Source: Rhizodiscina lignyota
Lineage: Eukaryota
Assembly: GCA_010015805.1 (NCBI GenBank)
Contig: ML978122.1
Span: 3,196,453-3,260,452, forward strand
DNA length: 64,000 bases
Direction: 5' to 3'
Part shown: one piece after another, positions 62,530 through 64,000 of the stretch
Numbering within the stretch: position 1 is the stretch's first letter
Layout: each line of letters begins with the position of its first letter
Made by a program: the position numbers and the translations under genes
The notes under the pieces: model-generated
Seen by the model: only the letters and a program-made list of their open reading frames with translations
Told to the model about the DNA's origin: nothing
Database searches by the model: none

Positions 62530-63138
62530 GATGGTAAGTAAGCTCGAAATTAGGATCGATATCGGTGGCGAATATCCTTCGTATTACAAGCTGGAGCTGT
62601 AGCTATCTTTTCTACTGCAAAGAGTAAGAAGTGTAAGCAGCTCGCATCAACCGCCCTGATTGTTATATAGATCTGGAACCGCGGCACCTACGACACATAC
62701 TAAACAGCTGCACATGTCAGCGCTCATGCTCACTGATTCCAATACAGTGTCGCCGGCGGAAAGTTTCCCGTGCGGGAGCGATTTTGAGTCATTCTGGCCT
62801 CTTGATTGATTTCCAATTGCCCATAATGTAATGCAGGGTCTCTCCACCTTTTCCTCTTCCGGGAGTTCCATCCCCGCATATTAGGAAGATCTATCTTTCC
62901 TAAGCTTCGCCCTCATAATCGCAATTATCACACTGTACTGCGGAAGCTTCTCGAGTCATAGCAGTATTGAGAGTTGTATAAAATATTTTGTTCACTGCTC
63001 CCAGGAGAACTATAACATTGATCAGTCTGACGTCAATACCTACATAGTCCTCTATCTTCCGGTCCTCTCCGTCATAGTACTTGATCCAGAACCTTTCTTG
63101 GAGAAAAATCAATCCTTTTCGGCCGAAAAGCAATCAAA

Positions 63139-64000
63139 ATGTCCACCATAGATAAAGCTGCAATTACCGACCTGCTCACAAATGGCCCTCATCGCTCAGA
63201 AGTAGGCCGCAAGCAATTAACGCTTGCACTTGGAGGGCTTTACATCGCATCCACTACCCTTTCAGAAAAACCGTATTTAGTCTGGGAGAAAGAAAAGGGC
63301 TATCCTCGATACTACATTCCCATTCAGTCGCTGCACCCCGATATTAAGGCACAGCTGGGCGGCGAGACGAATGGTCATCAAGCCTCAGGAACGACAGTCA
63401 AGCTCGAGACAGTTGCGACGGTAAAAGGGAATAACGATTCAGCAGCTGCCATTGAGACGTTGACCGTGGGATCAAAGACGACGACATGGGTGCGATTTAC
63501 CGAAGGCCTTTACAACGGATTCATCAGGTTCGAGCGCAGTGAGATCGACGATTGGTTCCAGAACGGTCAGTTATTTTTTGGCATCAAGAACCCGTTCAAG
63601 CGCATCGATACCGCTCCTGTCTCGAACCACATCGTTGTCAAAGTCGATGGTGAAGTGGTCGCTGAGACGGATGTTGCCGTTTTGCTCAACGAGACCGGAC
63701 TGAAGGAGACGTATTACATCCCTGCGACGAGCGTCAAGAATTGGGGCACGGTAGAGAAGAGCGATCTGAGAACTGCCTGCCCGTATAAGGGCGAGGCTTG
63801 GTGGGTCTCCTCTCATGCCAACGTTGGAGCTAAGGAAGGATTTCAACTGACAAATCTGCAGGTACCTGTCAATCACGGTAAAGGGAAAGAAGTACGATAA
63901 CCTAATTTGGTACTACCCGTATCCCACGCATGAGAGCGCCGGTGTGGAGGGCTTGATCAGCTTCTATAATAAAGAAGGCGTTGATATCCTGGTTGATGGG
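63139..64000 (+). CDS. DUF427 domain protein, truncated by window end; exons 63139-63800, 63862->64000
   Basis: LVWE...YPRYYIP, KNPFKRID, VDGEVVA, L.ETGL..YYIP and TACPYKGEA, then after intron 63801-63861 NLIWYYPYP..ES. Confidence 0.88.

Overview
Eukaryotic, intron-containing DNA from a filamentous ascomycete (Pezizomycotina; short GT-AG introns with CTRAC-type branch points). The window is gene-dense and mostly housekeeping. In order: a coiled-coil protein with a GrpE-like C-terminus, ASA1, a Zn2Cys6 transcription factor, a small secreted Cys protein, an orphan ORF, an NAD(P)-binding protein, VPS9, an ASNSD1-like protein, an MFS transporter, a soluble ABC ATPase, POP4, PDX3, EGT1, a CYP504 P450, a GT2-like protein, DBP7, a CorA-like protein, a DUF2196/zinc-finger protein, ANP1, a Gea/GBF Sec7 ARF-GEF, a GH72 glucanosyltransferase, a TauD dioxygenase and a DUF427 protein cut by the window end. 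I built the exon models by hand from splice signals and reading-frame continuity. Family assignments come from recalled motifs, not database searches. Three observations stand out. (1) An unannotated, strongly base-paired ~165-nt three-way-junction element at 29.37-29.54 kb lies behind a TATA box and five AACCCTA motifs, making it a candidate ncRNA gene. (2) Two decayed homologous copies of one coding sequence lie at 2.3-3.0 kb and 17.4-17.8 kb; the first resembles the C-terminus of fungal Hsp70-like (HSPA12-type) proteins and is tail-to-tail with the GrpE-like gene. (3) The EGT1 intron at the domain boundary carries promoter-like motifs. I found no tRNA, rRNA, CRISPR array or intact transposon.
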